Below are positions 33,988-48,100 of a DNA stretch of 64,000 nt, one piece after another. The notes beneath the pieces are model-generated. The model searched no databases, was not told the DNA's origin, and saw nothing but the letters and a program-made list of their open reading frames with translations. The position numbers and the translations under genes were made by a program. This DNA is from Felis catus (taxonomy: Eukaryota): the NCBI RefSeq assembly GCF_018350175.1, contig NC_058368.1:9052001-9116000 (forward strand). The letters run 5' to 3'. The stretch's first letter is position 1, and the number at the start of each line of letters is the position of its first letter.

Positions 33988-36740
33988 GGATAGGATAAGG
34001 ATAGGATCCTTGGGGTAGGGTACTTAAACGATTAATGATGAAATTAATTGTTCAGTTAAGTTTCCTAAAATTTAAAATTAATACGAACATACAACGAACA
34101 TAAGCTTGAGGGACAAAACCAAGCCAAATTCCCAGTTGGAGTCTCATTTTTTTTTTTTCTGTAGCAAACTAGGATTCTAGTTAATTTATAATTCAACTTC
34201 TAAAGTTCACATAAAAAGAGATGAAAATAAAGTAAATGCCTTATGTAAAATGAGTGTGTTACCATACTTTATTATTAAAAACAATTAGAAATTAAATTCT
34301 TATGTGAACTTTTATTTTGAAATAGGGAAAAATAAATGGCAATCTGGACTCCTCAGGAACTTACAGATTATAAAGATCAGGTGTTGACTTAGAGTAACTA
34401 CACAGTGGTAAAATACTTGAAATGCTTCTGTGAATCTGAAACATTTTGCCAGTGAATCAGATCCACTGAACGCATTTAAAGTATTTTGTCACTTGTTTTT
34501 TTCTCTATTTTTAAAAATACAACTTATGAATAGCAGGGTGGCATATAAATTGTTGTTATGTGCGTTCCATACTCCTAGATTGAGAGAAATATTGTGACTC
34601 TAACCTGTGAATTTATGTATTTTCCCTTTACTTTGCTAATAAAGACAGACGTATTTCCACTAAAAAAGGCCAAAATAGTACCCCCAATCTGTTTTGTAAA
34701 TTTGCAGATGTCCCAGATCCCCATATTTTAGGTGTTCTGACCGCCCCCCCCCCACCTTGTGAAGGATCCCAAGGTACATAGGACAGTGTTCTGACACAGG
34801 CTCTGTCACTTTCATGGTCAGCATTAGGCACAGGGACGCTCCTAAAGCCGTGGCTGGACACAGGGCTGTTCACAGATCAAGGCCTGAGTGTCGTCCTGAA
34901 GAATACAGGCCACAGATACCCCTAGACTTAGACTCTCTGTTCAGGGTGGGAGTGTGTCCTTTAAATATTTTAGCCAACTCGTATTTTTGAACACCTTTAT
35001 TTTTATCAATGAGATCCATTCCAATATTCATTATATTAATTCATTAGTGACTAATTGCTAATCAATACCCTTTCCAGACATTTACTGTACACACTCATAA
35101 AGCCTTAATATTGCTAAGGATTTGGGTATCAGAGCTTTGGGTATCAACGGTTGGTTATCAAGCCAATATTTCTGGAGTGTGAATCCTCAAAACTGGCAAC
35201 TGACTTCTCTAGCATTGTACCTTGAACTAACCAGTGACCACATAATACCATACAGTTTCAACTGAACTGTTTTAAAGTGAATTACAGATGCTCTACCAAA
35301 GAGTTACTATGGGTCCATCAGTTAATCAGTGGGTATCGAGTACCATTTCTACTATGTGGCAGGCTTTGTGATAAGCCCCTTGGGGCTTTACAGACTGGTA
35401 AGAATTGCTTGAAGAAATGTGTGAATACGTTGAAAAGATGTTTACAGCTGGAACACTTAGAGAAGAGTGAGAGAGAGAATATACAAACCAGAGTTGAGGA
35501 GATGGGGCCATTCCTGGAGACCTGGGTAGTCGAAGGACAGAGGCCTTGAATATGTCTTGGGTGGTGGGTAGAATCTGGACAGACAGAGGGTGAGAGAGGG
35601 ATGATGCTCCAAATTTGACCTGTGGATCGGGCACAAGAAGGTCTTCCTGTTGGAAGGCATGGACAACTTTAGATTTTTCCAGGGGCAGGTTTGTACCACA
35701 TCCTTGGTCCTCCAGACCAGTTCTCCTGCACTTTGTAGGGAACAGCTGTCCTCTCGGGCCTACCTTCTCCTAAAAGTGGTCCACGCCAGGCCGCTCCTAG
35801 GCCGCTAGGGTCTGGGGCGTCATCCAATGCAGCCAGTGGCCCCCTGTTTCAGAGCATTTCATTCTCACCATATGTGTAAGGGTTGGCTTATTCAGTTTGC
35901 AAGCGTTATTTAAGTATTTGGGAGAGTTTTGTTTATTTGATGCCTAAAGTGCTTTACAAGAAAATTAAGCGTATTTAGACTATAAATGGACTCTGAACTG
36001 GTCAAGGGAATTTAATTAAGTTCTGAAGTCTTCTTGAAAACAGTCACGGGACTTTGAATAGACTTAGAAGTAAAATAATAGCTTTGTTTTTTTTGTTTTG
36101 TTTTGTTTTTTTGTTTTGTTTTTTTTTAATAAGCTTTTGTTAAATTTAACTTGAAAGCTTGTGAAAACCTGGATTTTAGAATATGTTACCCTAAAAAAGT
36201 TGAATATTAATTTTCAACACCGAAGCCGTCTTCTCTGTGCTCAGAGTCTCCTTTGGAACAACAGAAACCTTACAACAACCAGGACAAATGAGAAGCACCA
36301 GGTGATGTGCTTTCCCAGGGGAACATGATTTTTCTTTCTCTGCTCTTATGAGTCATGTTCTGTCACTGGATCTGGTTTTGCCCTTTGAAGGAGGAAAGAA
36401 AAATTGTGAATTTGGCGTGTGATTAGAGACGGCAGATTTTGCATGCTGAGCTCTATTTTTCTGTTGGAAATCAATGCCTTCCACTTTGACTCCTCCTAAT
36501 AAATGATCGTCCGGGTTCATCCTGTCTCCCTGAGATACCTCATCTACTTCCGGATCCCAAACCTCTGCGTCTTTGCTTCCACCCCTAATCAGTCCACTAG
36601 AGGTCCCTAGGAGAGGCTGCTCAAGCCATCTCAAGTTCAACACACCTCTGTGACCTCCCTTCTCCCCCCTTCTCCCCCCTTCTCCTTGTCACCAGAGGCA
36701 GGATCTTAGACACTTTCTATGTCTTTGCCATGGTCCCCAA

Positions 36741-36954
36741 TTTATTTTTTTTAAGTTTATTTATTTTTGACAGGGATAGAGTATGAGCATGAGCTGGGGA
36801 GGGCCAGAGAGACAGGGAGACACAGAATCCAAAGCAGGCTGCAGGCTCTGAGCTGTCAGCACAGAGCCCAACGTGGGGCTCGAACTCGCAAACCGTGAGA
36901 TCATGACCTGGGCCGAAGTCGGTTGCTCAACCGACTAAGCCACCCAGGCGCCCC
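36741..36954 (-). mobile_element. CanSINE
   Basis: Ends CCACCCAGGCGCCCC. Confidence 0.9.
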
Positions 36955-37065
36955 TATCCCCACTTTATTTCAGAAGTTAATTCTTCCTTAGAGATTTCCT
37001 TACTACCACCACTATCACTAGAGGTCAACTTTTTTTACTTCCAGACCACAAGAACTTTTTCTGCT

Positions 37066-37114
37066 GGGGGTGGGGGTGGGGGGTGGGGGGAGGGGTGGAG
37101 AGTGGGGAGTGGGG
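37066..37114 (+). repeat. G-rich (TGGGGG)n tract, potential G-quadruplex
   Basis: Seven runs of at least 4 G with short loops. Confidence 0.7.
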
Positions 37115-37894
37115 TTGATTTTAAAAATTGAGAGATAATTCACATACCGTGAAATTTACTCTTTTAAAGTGTGTAATTCTGTGTGTGGTTTTTAATATAT
37201 CCTCAGACATGTACAACCACAACCAGGATCTAAGCCAGAACACTGTCATCGTCCCCCAAAGGAATCCTAAAGAATGACCTTTGAATTTAGTCTTCCCATT
37301 GCTGGTGATCCTTGCACTTAAGTAAATATACCCAGAATTGGTCTGAGGATTCAGCCCCGCTTGATTCAAATCCTGAGTGTGCCTAATGTCTTATTAGAAT
37401 TGACTGTAGTGCAGAGTGGCTCAGGGCTCCGAACCCCAACAATGTGACGCATTATTTTTATGGGCTTACTATTTCCAGCGCCCAGTTTTATTATCTGCAA
37501 AGTAGGCCATTGCACAAGTAAGTGAGCCAAACAGATAAAGTAGCATGATGCAAGATCAGTAAATACAGTCGCTATTTTATAAACTTTGGATCCAACTACA
37601 TAACTCTGCAGCACATTTTTAAATTAAAGTTTTAATTTTGAGATAATTATAGATTCACATGCAGCTGCAAGAAGTAATCCAGAGAGATGACTTAGTTTTC
37701 CCCAATGATATTCTAAAAAACCAGATCACAACCAGACTATTGACACTGATACAATCAAGACCCAGAAGACTTCTGCCCCACGGGGGTCCCCCATGTTGCC
37801 CTTGCACAGCCCTCACTCACTCCCCACCTTCTGATTTGTAACGTCAATAGTGTTAAATCAATGCCAGCCAAAGGTAGTTACCTTTTGAGACTGA

Positions 37895-38115
37895 CTTTTT
37901 TATTTTTATGTATTGTTTTTAAGTTTATTTCAGAGAGAGAGAGAGAGAGTGGGGGAGGTGCAAAAAGAGAGAAGGCGGGGAGAGAGAGAATCTCAAGCAG
38001 TCTCAACGCAGCTTGGTACGAAGCCCGTTGTAAGACCCGATCCCCTGACCTTGGGATCATGACCTGAGAGGAAATCAAGAGTCGGCCGTTCAACCAACTG
38101 AGCCACCCAGGTGAG
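37895..38115 (-). mobile_element. CanSINE (older subfamily)
   Basis: GATCATGACCTGAG...AACTGAGCCACCCAGG. Confidence 0.8.
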
Positions 38116-40546
38116 CCAAGTTTCCAGAGTTTTACTATTACCATAATGCACATTTATGCAGACTTCGTGGTTTAGGAAAAACCCTCTCATGGATCTCATC
38201 TGTTCCACTCAATAGCTTTGCGAGATCGACAGGGCATCACAGTCTCATTTTATAGTTGAGAAAACGGACTTGCCCAAAGGGAAACAGAGAAGCTGTGTTT
38301 GAATATGCGTTTCGGGCAGCCCAGCGAGGTCCCTGTATGCGGTGGCCGTGGGGCGGAGGGGGGAGGGTGGCTGCGTGGAGACAGATGTTAACACAGTTAA
38401 AGGCAGTTGTAGGTGAGCACGGCTGGATAGGAAACCTGCTGAAATTTTCTGCTTAAGCATGACCTTCCCTGAAGGTCATGGGCTGGGACCGAGGCAGGCT
38501 GGAAGCACAAGTCTCATTTCTGCGACTACTCAAGTCCCGGGGATAAGCAGAGCTCAGTGTCCTGAGACTCTGCGAAATACCACTTTCCCGAGGGAGCCTC
38601 TGCAGAAAGAGGGAGGGAGGTCACACTCGCCTAGGAGACGGGGACTCAGACGCCGTTGACGCGGGGACCCTGAGGGAAGTCCTAGGCCAGCAGAGGAAAT
38701 GAGCCCTGCTGTTTCTCAGCTGCGTGGCTTAGGGGCCGGCTCGTGCACACGGTCCTGAGGGCCGGCCGCCCCGACCGTGCCCTCGTGGTGGGGAAGGTAC
38801 GGCGTGCCAGGCAGTGTGCAGAGGGCTCTCGTGTGTTCCGTCAGCTGGTCTTTGCCACAGTCTCGAGAAGAGAAGCTGTTTTCATCCTCCTCGTCCAGCT
38901 GAGAAAATGGAGGCCCACAGATGGTTAGGGAGCTCGTCCACGACTACTTGGACGTGAGGAGTACAGCTGCACCGTCGGGGGAGCCTACGATCTGGGATTC
39001 GGGAACCTTCCTTCACAGATACCCGAAGAGAGAGGGAAGAGTGGGGCTGAAGGTGCTTGGCTGGGCCGGGCCGGCACTGTGTGTGACTTCGGGGCCATAA
39101 GGGCCTGGCGCTGAGTCACCCAGCTGCGCCACGGAGGTGACGGGGGTGTGGGGCTCAGATTGGGTGTATTTGAGGATGGGGGGACCAGATGGATGCGGGA
39201 GGGGAGGCTCATCTGCTTGTATTTCCAGGCACATTCTCCTCCCACATAAAGACACAGGAGGACATAAAGTTGTTGGCAGGGGTCTGCCCGTGGCCTTGGG
39301 CCTCCCCCTTCTCATGACATGGGGCGCGACAAGGATCAGGCCCCGGACACCCGCCATGCCCGGACTCGCTTCTGTGAACTTCCTGACATCACAAGCACTG
39401 TCCCATCCCCGCCCCCCCCCCCCCAGGTGGACGAGAAAGTGGCCACGACAGGGTCTTGCACAGCTCCATTAAGAGCCTGGTGACTCTGGCCTGGCCCCTT
39501 TTCCAGACGAAGTTGCCCTTGCCAGTGACAAAGTAAGGGAAGGGGGGAGGGGCGGGATACCCAGTCCTCAGCACAAGCTGCCAGGGAGCCCAGCCCCTTC
39601 CGGGAGGGTGAGATCTGAGCAGCACGGGGAGCAAGGCCTTCCGAGGCTAGAAGGGATGGCACATTCCACCCCAGGCCCAGGACGCCAGGACCTGGGGCCC
39701 ACCCGCGCCCCACTCATCGACCTCGCTGGCCCCGCAACCCGAGGGAGGGATATCCTGCTCCACTGGGGACACATTTCCAGCCCCCTCCTGAGAGAGGCAG
39801 TGCGTCAACCAGACTGTGTCCACAGACGGAAACGTTCAAAGCTGCTGATCGATTGCTTCTTCGCGGGCAGTGTGCTCCAGTGATCAGGAAGATGGACTTT
39901 GGGGCAAGCCGGCCTGGCTCTGATCTTGACCCCCACCCCCGCTTCCGAGCTGCGTGTGACTTTTGACAAGTCAGCTACCTTCCCCCAGGCTCAACTCTCC
40001 CCCTCAGCCCCTAAGACGGGGATGTGACTCAGCTGAAATTCTCCCATCACAGCTGCGGCATTAAGTGCACCGGTGCAAGCCCGGTAATTATTATATGCAA
40101 ATAGACATCTTGTCGCCTTCAGGACAAGCTGCCACGTGTGCCTCCTGTTCCCACCCTTCCTCGGTCCACTCCAGGATTTCTGTGAATTTCAGGTTGCTGG
40201 GGCTCCCGATTCTGCCCGTGTTGCAGGACGAAAGGAGGGCGGCCACCCCTGGAGTGAGCTCTGCGTGGGCGCCTCCCTCGACCCGCAGCGCATCCCCAGG
40301 TCAGCACACATCCGGGCAGTGCTGGCCAGGCGAGCGTTGGCTGGCTGGGGCTGCAGGGGACGCAGAGGCACTGGGGTAGATCAACAGGCCATCACTGGCA
40401 AGGACTCTCAGTTCAGAGCTTCCCTGTGGCAGTGGCGGTTCCCTGGCTGTGATTAGAGGTGCTTGGGAGGTAGCCAGGTTAAAGGATGAAGGCAACAGCA
40501 TTCGCCAACACATCTGATTCTGGGGCCGTGGGAAGGTGTGTGCGCG

Positions 40547-40758
40547 AGGGGCGCCTGGGTGGATCAGCCGGTTAAGCATCGGACTCTTGATTTCTGCTCA
40601 GGTCATGGTTCCAAGGATTAAGCCCCGAGTCGGGCTCTGCACTGAGCGGGAAGCCTGCTCGGGATTCTCTCTCTCCCTCTCTCTCTCTGCACCTCCCCTG
40701 CTCATGCTGTGTCTCTATCTCAAAATAAATAAACATTAAGAAAAGAAAAGAAAAAAGG
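40547..40758 (+). mobile_element. CanSINE
   Basis: Head, CT tract, A tail and imperfect TSD GGAAGG(G)TGTGTG. Confidence 0.88.
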
Positions 40759-42315
40759 AAAGGGTGTGTGTGTGTGTGCTTACAGAAACATCACTGACAT
40801 TCATCCATTCGTTAAACATCTATTCTGCATTTTCCAGGCACTGGGTTCAGAAATGATCCTAACAGCACGCCTGTCCTCACAAAGCTGGTCATCGTGCAGG
40901 AGAGACAGACCAAAGACACGCAGCCTAAATAGTGTGGTAGGTGCCTTCCCAGGGACCACAGACGAGTGCCGAGGACATGTGACATTCCACTAAAAGCCAT
41001 CCTGCAGGGCAGGGGGTCCGTTTGAAGGAATGTGGGAAAAGTTAGGAGTCAAGCCCATGGCACCACTTGCCAAAAGTCTATGGCCCAACACTGCCCACGG
41101 GGTTCCTCTCCGGCCCCAACTAAAAGGAGAACAAGCAAACTGGGTTTCTCAGCTTGACGGGATCCTGGCTCAAGGGCACAAGTCTGCAAGCTTGAGGCCA
41201 CCGCTCCGAAAAGAAGAGCAAGGCAGAGATAATTCCACAGTGTTAACGTTAATGACCCAGGGAACTGGGGGGGCTGACTTCCTCTGCACCCTCCTCCGCC
41301 CGCCATCACACATGGGTGATGGCCTTCTGTGGGCCAGGAATGGCAGCAGCCACTTTGATGTCAAAGTAAGGAAGTCCCAGTTCAGGGGGGGCATAGACAA
41401 GTAGGGGGCCGAAGGCATGGTGTGTGGGTTGAGGACCGAAGGAGGGAGCCGGCAGTGTCTCCTGAGGGAGGGCTCAGGAAAACCTCCATGGAGAAAGTGA
41501 CCTCAAGCAGTACACACCGAAAGGCTGGGGCTTTTTGTTTACGTGGCCTCAGCTGGGCCTGGCCGCCTGGAGTTCGCAGAGCCTCACACCTCTTGCCACC
41601 TGCAATCTGTAGACGGGCTTTGTGGTTCTTGGAGGAGACATCGTGAGAAATCTCTGCACAGTAAGATCTGTCGGGCGTCAGCAGCACTTCAAGCTCCTTG
41701 ACGCTGTGGACTAGGAACTTCCGGAAGCCACTGGACGACGCGTGCTTTGTTTCCTTGTTGTTCCCCTAACCAACCAAGCTGGGCATCAGGATCTGGCCCT
41801 CGAATCTTCTGCCCACCCTATCGCCAATGCCTCTGGGCTTCTGCTTGGTTTTCTGGGTTATCGCCCACCCAGTAGCTAGACTCCTTGCTAACGGAACCCC
41901 ATCTTGTTCCCGTATTGGGCAAAGCTTCCGAAGGGGGGAAGCTGGAGTAGTCTGAGGTCAAGATAATGGTAACTCATGGTTTACGAATGGATGTGAGATG
42001 CACTTGTAGCCCATGGGGCGTGGAAGTCTGCTGGAGGACCTCTGGAAAAGTTCTCTTGGCTCTTAAACAGGATGCAGAGAAGCAGTCCTCTCCCTCCGCT
42101 GGGGACGTGGGTGCCAGGATGTGATGCCTGGAGGCGCGAGGAAGTGGCAGCCATTTTACAACCGCGTGAAGGGACCAGCCTGAGAACAAAATTCACAGAA
42201 TTGAGGATGACAGAGCAGAAAGGTGGAGAGACCCCACGTTCGTGCTTAAATTGTTGATCTATTGGAATTAACTCTCAATTCTTGTTACAAAATAATGAGT
42301 CCCTATGTTTAAAGG

Positions 42316-42515
42316 CAGGAGTCAGCGAACTATGGCCCGTGGGCCAAAGCACCCTGCAGCCTGCTTTTGTAAGTAAAACCATTTATTAGGAAACAGGCAC
42401 GCTTATTCCTTTACTTACTGACTACAGCTACAATGGCAGAGTTGTAGAGTTGTGACAGAGGCAAAACCTAAAATATTTTCTATCTAGCCCATTATAAAAA
42501 CGTTTGCCAATCCCC
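42316..42515. mobile_element. MER58A-like hAT DNA transposon
   Basis: CAGGAGTCAGCGAACTATGGCCCGTGGGCCAAA ... TTTGCCAATCCCC terminal inverted repeats. Confidence 0.7.
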
Positions 42516-44044
42516 AATGTAAGCCATTTACAGGTGGGTCATCTATCACCTCACACCAAAAAATTGATAACCTCGCAAGTTAGCATGTGGTATAAATATT
42601 TGTCTTTGTCCTCTGTGGTATTACTTGCTTTAAAAATTCCAAGGTGCAGTGAATTGGGTCACAAATTCAACGAACAAGTATTGAGGACCTTACAAACCAC
42701 TCCGAAACCTAGTAACATAAAAATCACAACGTATTATTACCTCTCGTGGCTCTGAGGGTTGACTGGGTTCGGTGACTAGTTCTCACCTGGAGTCCCTTAC
42801 GTGGTCTTGGTCAGATGTTGGCCACAGCTGGACCCGGACATTCAAGATGGCGCTGACAGCTTATGTGGGCTGTTGGCTGTGGCCCCTCTGTGTAGCTTGG
42901 GGCCCTCACAGCATGGAGTCTGGGCTCCAGAGGGAGTGTTCTAAAAGGCAGGAAGTGAAAACTGCCAGGCCAGTGAAACACTGTGTGGACACAGTGGACA
43001 CGGTGGGCCCAGCAGTGATGCTGCCATATTCTACTGGTCACGGCAGACACAGGCCCTTCCCAGTAGAAGCAGGCAGAGAGAAATAATCTTCACCTCTTGA
43101 TGAGGAAGTGGCGATTTCCCACCAGTGCGGAAGAGCTTGGGGGATGGAGACTCTGTGGTGGCTGTCTTCAGAAAATCCCGTCTGCCCTCCAGGCACGATA
43201 ATTCACATCCTTCCCTCAAGCAAAAATGTTCACACCCTTTTGCACCTGCCCCCAAAGCGCATAAGAATCAGATGGAAAAACCTGGAACTTGTCATCTAAA
43301 TACAGTCCAGGCACAAATGGCTTCCTCTTCCGGTGGTGTTCCTCAAACAGTTTCCTGTCAATAGAACTACCTGTGAACGAAAAAGACAGGCTACCTGCAC
43401 CCCTACACACAAGCACCCAATATACACTGGGGTGTACAAATACCTGTAGGAGACACTCCTGCTCAGAGGGGGCAGGAAGAATGGGAGGCACGTAGAGCAG
43501 TCACTTGTCGGTAGCATTTCTGAAATCAGGCTAGGTATTGCCTCCAGTTCTATCCTGGGTCACAGTCCTGCCCTCAGGGCGTCACTCTCCATGGTCCCTG
43601 GTTCTGTCCTCTGAATCACCCTTTCTTTGCTGTGAGAGATGGCTCACATTTGCCACTGAATAGCTCCTTTAGCCGGCTTCCTGCCCATAGAAGTTCGAAG
43701 GTCGAGAGGCTTCTTTTCAGTTTTGAGTCATTCTGCCCCTTTTAGTTCACGCTGGCTGATGGTGCAGCCATCCACTCAAACTCATAAACACATTGTGGGG
43801 TTCCTAGGAATCTTGCAGTTTACAAAAGCCACACTCACAAGTATTTTTGAGATAGGACCCTGTCTGGTTTTGGGCTTAAGGTTAGGATTCTGCGGGGCAA
43901 TGCTGTTAAAACTCTTAGAAATCTTTTGCCTAGCTGAGGGTTCTAGGTAGGAGGCACACCCCTAAGTATTTCTGAAGTCTTAAAGTAGAGCCACATCCTT
44001 GAGAGGCTCTTTGGTCATCCTACTTTATAAAAAATTTACTCTCT

Positions 44045-44272
44045 GGGCGCCCGGGCGGCTCAGTGGGTTGAGCGTCTGACTTCGGCTCAGGTCATGATCT
44101 TGCGGCCTGTGAGTTCGAGCCCCACGTCGGGTTCCGTGCTGATGGCTCAGAGCCTGGAGCCTGCCTCGGATTCTGCGTCTCCCTCTCTCTCTGCCCCTCC
44201 CCCACTCTTGCTCTGTCTGTCTCTCTCTCAAAAATAAACACTAAAAAAAAATTAAAATAAATAAGAAAATAA
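44045..44272 (+). mobile_element. CanSINE
   Basis: TSD AATTTACTCTCTGG. Confidence 0.9.
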
Positions 44273-44959
44273 ATAATTTACTCTCTGGCGGGGGGTGGGG
44301 AGCGGCAGATACCAAGGAGCTTAATTTTGAACCTAGGCAATCCTGGATTCTCTTCATTTTCTCTAAATTACATCTGAAACCTAACAATTTCTTCTTCTTG
44401 TTCATTTCTCTCTGCCCCTTACCATCCATGGCTAACAGGACTCAGGTGACACTTTCAACATCCCGCCTGAAATCTCCTTAGCCGGTCTCACTATCCACTA
44501 GTTACATTTTTTTCTTTTCCGCGTTACTGCAGGTGACGGCCTTGCTAGTCACTTTACTCCTGCTTCCAATAATGATTTCCCTCGCTGTCAATTTTCTCAC
44601 CGTTCTTATAGGCCCCAATAACCATCTTCCCGAGACTCTGTAGGCCACGGCCTGTTCCAAAGCCAATGCCGTATGGTTTAAGTTTTTAATGCCGGCCCCC
44701 CCCCTCCTGGTACCCACTTCTGTTCTGCTTATCTATTGCTGTGTAGCACCCCCCCCCAAACTTAGTGTCTTAAAACAGCAATATTTAATGTTTTCTCGTT
44801 CTGACTGGTCACAGACGAGTGGTACTCCTTGGGGTTTCCCACGTGACTACAGTTAGATTTTGACTGGAGCTTGTCCTTTGATATGGTCGAGGCAGAATAT
44901 ATGGATAGATGAGAGAGAAAAGTCAGGGTTGTATCTTGAAAGACTAATATGCCTGACTC

Positions 44960-45188
44960 GGGGCGCCTGGGTGGCGCAGTCGGTTAGGCGTCCGACTTCA
45001 GCCAGGTCACGATCTCGCAGTCCGTGAGTTCGAGCCCCGCGTCGGGCTCTGGGCTGATGGCTCGGAGCCTGGAGCCTGTTTCCGATTCTGTGTCTCCCTC
45101 TCTCTCTGCCCCTCCCCCGTTCATGCTCTGTCTCTCTCTGTCCCAAAAATAAATAAAAACCGATGAAAAAAAAAAAAAAAAAAAAAAA
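44960..45188 (+). mobile_element. Young CanSINE (SINEC_Fc)
   Basis: CpG-rich body, pure A tail over 20 nt, perfect TSD GAAAAGACTAATATGCCTGACT. Confidence 0.95.
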
Positions 45189-48100
45189 GAAAGACTAATA
45201 TGCCTGACTAAGGAACTGAAACTTGAAAACGTAGTCAGTGGAAAGTCCTGAAAGGATTTGGGGCAAGAGAGTGAAGTTACCATGTTTTCCTAAGAAAACA
45301 ATGAGAAGCAGTGTGGGGACAGGACAAAGGACGGGCCAGAGAGGTGGAGGCTTTTGCCGGAAGCTGTGCAGAAGGCAGAGGTGGGGGCAAAGGAGAGGAG
45401 TGGAGAGGAAAACCTGACGTGTAAGGACAGAAAGTCATGTTGAGGCCCATCTGTCTTCTCCATCACTTCCGCTTACCTTCTAATAGAAGTCTAGAACGGA
45501 GTCGTTTTCCTCTTAAAGCATCCTGGACGGTACTCTGGGCCGTTGGTGGTTTAGAAATATTTGGAATTATGGGTAATTTTTTTTTTTTTTTAAAGAATCA
45601 TGTTTTAATAGCCCCAATACAGCCTTATTTTGTTCCTAAGTCTTTCAGAGGATACTCTTGCGAATCAAAGGCCGTGTTCCCCCGCGTCCTTGTCATCTTC
45701 TGAACCTAGTTCATCTCCTCTGCTGTTCACTTGTTGGATGGTCTCCCACTTTGGGCCACTTCCTCTTCCTTGACGTGCTCTCCTCCCTTCCTGTCCAGAA
45801 CAACCAGGTTTCACTTTCCTTCTACCCCTCAGCTGCGTCTGTCTCTGTTTGTGGGTGGTCCCCTCCTCTACTTGGCTCTTACACCTTAGAGCTCCCGGAA
45901 GCTCAGTCCTGGGCCCTCCTCACCTCCCGTTCCACATTCTCTTCTTGAAAACCTGGTGTTAAATTCAGCGGTGTCTCGCACTTCCTCGCTCCCGTGACTC
46001 TTGTGACAGTTAGGACTGGGTTTGACTACAAGTGGCAGTAACTTAAATACTATAAAAGTGATTTTTCTTTTCAGGGAACTAGCCTTCTTTCTCTGCCGTC
46101 GCTCTGCCGTTCTCAACATCGGACTTTCACGTCACGGCCCAGGTTGACCCCTTGGGCTTAAACCATCACAACCACATTTCTGCCAGCAGGGACCGATAAA
46201 ACAGGAGGAAGGACATACTCTTTCCTTTTAGGATAGTTTTTAGAAGTCATAATAGACCCTTCCTGTATTTCATTGGTTAAAATGTAGTCAGGCAACTACT
46301 CCATTCAAGAGAGGTTGGAAAAGAAAAGAAAAACTCAAGGTTCGACTGAAGAAGAAGGGGTAAGTGGATGGATATTTGGGTACAACTGGCAGTCTTTGCC
46401 ATAATCTCCCAAGTACATACCTCCAGGCCACACTTCTCCGTAGCTCCTGCCACTTTGCTATCCAAAGACATCCCAAACCAAATATCCAAGACTGAGCCCA
46501 GGGGGTCTCCCAAGCCTGATTCATTTCTTAGGTTTCCTTTCTCAGGGAAGGGCACCCCAATATATCCAGCTGGGTAAGCCAGAAACCTAGGGGCCACCCT
46601 TGATTCTTAAGACAGAGAGCATTATTTGTTTACAATTCAGTCTTGCCATGGCTTCTCCGGGGCAGTTTAGTTCGCTGCCCCGCTGTCTCTGGGCTTTGTC
46701 TCCGGGCTTTGTCTCCTAGTATCCTTCAACCGATGGTATATGAGTAGACATTTCCTAGGCCCTGTCCAGCTAGAGGACTGCAACATACTTGTGTGTTTTG
46801 GCTTGGGCCCTTGGCCTCCAGCCACCCGCCATGGAAGAGCTCACCCCCGTGTAACCATAGGTCCTAGAGTAAGAGACACATGGACCGACTATGACCTGAC
46901 ACAGAAATGTCCAACCAATCTGCAGACCTATATAACAAGAAAGACAAAAAGATGACCGTAAGCCACTGAGAACTTGGGGTTGTTTGCTTTCAACATTATG
47001 GTGGAAACCATCGAAGCTATTTGCTGATCTATTATAGAAACCCAATTAACGAAGCTCTCTTATACTGCCTTACCTGCTCCTTCAAGTCCTGTCTGTTTAC
47101 CTCAGTTACATCTCTCGAATCCAGTCACTCCTCTCCATCCCCAGGGCCACCATGTTAGCCCAAGCCATGGCGACTTTTTGCCCGGACCACTGACATAAGC
47201 TCCTGTCTGGTCACGAAACCTCAGCTCTGGCCCCTTGGCATTCAGCTCTCCACCCCGCAGCCAGATTAACCTTTGAAAATGGCCAACCTCATTTTACAGC
47301 TGGGCTGGGTTTCACCGCGATCTTGACCCGAGTGACTCTATTATTCTCACCTCGGTACAGATAACGAGGGGGCCTGCCCATCCACAGCGTCACTGTACCG
47401 CCTTTGACTGTATCCAGGTTAACTATTTCACTGTTAGCTCTCAGGGGAGAAAGCGGGTCCTGAGCCTTTGAGGAGGGAGGGTGGGGGGATAGTTTGTGTG
47501 TGTTGAAAGGTGATTCTCACTCCTGCTGAGTAAACGATGGGCGAAGTGCAGTGAGAAAGACCGGCTCCTCAGCCCCGGCCACCTTCACGCTTCACACAGC
47601 ACGTTCCCCAACAGGTGCAGTCTGCAGGGACTGCGAGGTTCCCAGCTGGCTCTCTGATGCCTGCTGGGGCAGAGGTGGGGCAGTGTCTCCAAGCCCAGGA
47701 CGCTTCCCTCTCCGTGGTTTCCACCGGCCAAGAAGTCTCTCTGGCCTCAGCCCTCCTGCTTCTCATCACTTCCCTCCTCCCCACCCAGGGGCCAGTTTAT
47801 TATCTACTCATTTTAGGGGAACTTTATCCCCTCGATCTCTTCTGGCCATTGCCTTTTGATTCACTGAGAGCTCTGCTCTGACAAAACAAAGCTTGGGCTT
47901 TTACAACTGTTATCTCTGGAGTGAAAGTCACTGGTTGAACCTTGACCCAGTCTTTGTTTCTGCTACCCAGGAAAGCACCAGTCTTAATTCTCCCCAGGAA
48001 GAGATGTGCGGAGTTAGACATGCACAAGAAGAAAAGTACAGCGATACACAAATATATTTGCGAGTAGCTCAAGGCAGGATAATGCCCAGGCTCCTCCCAG

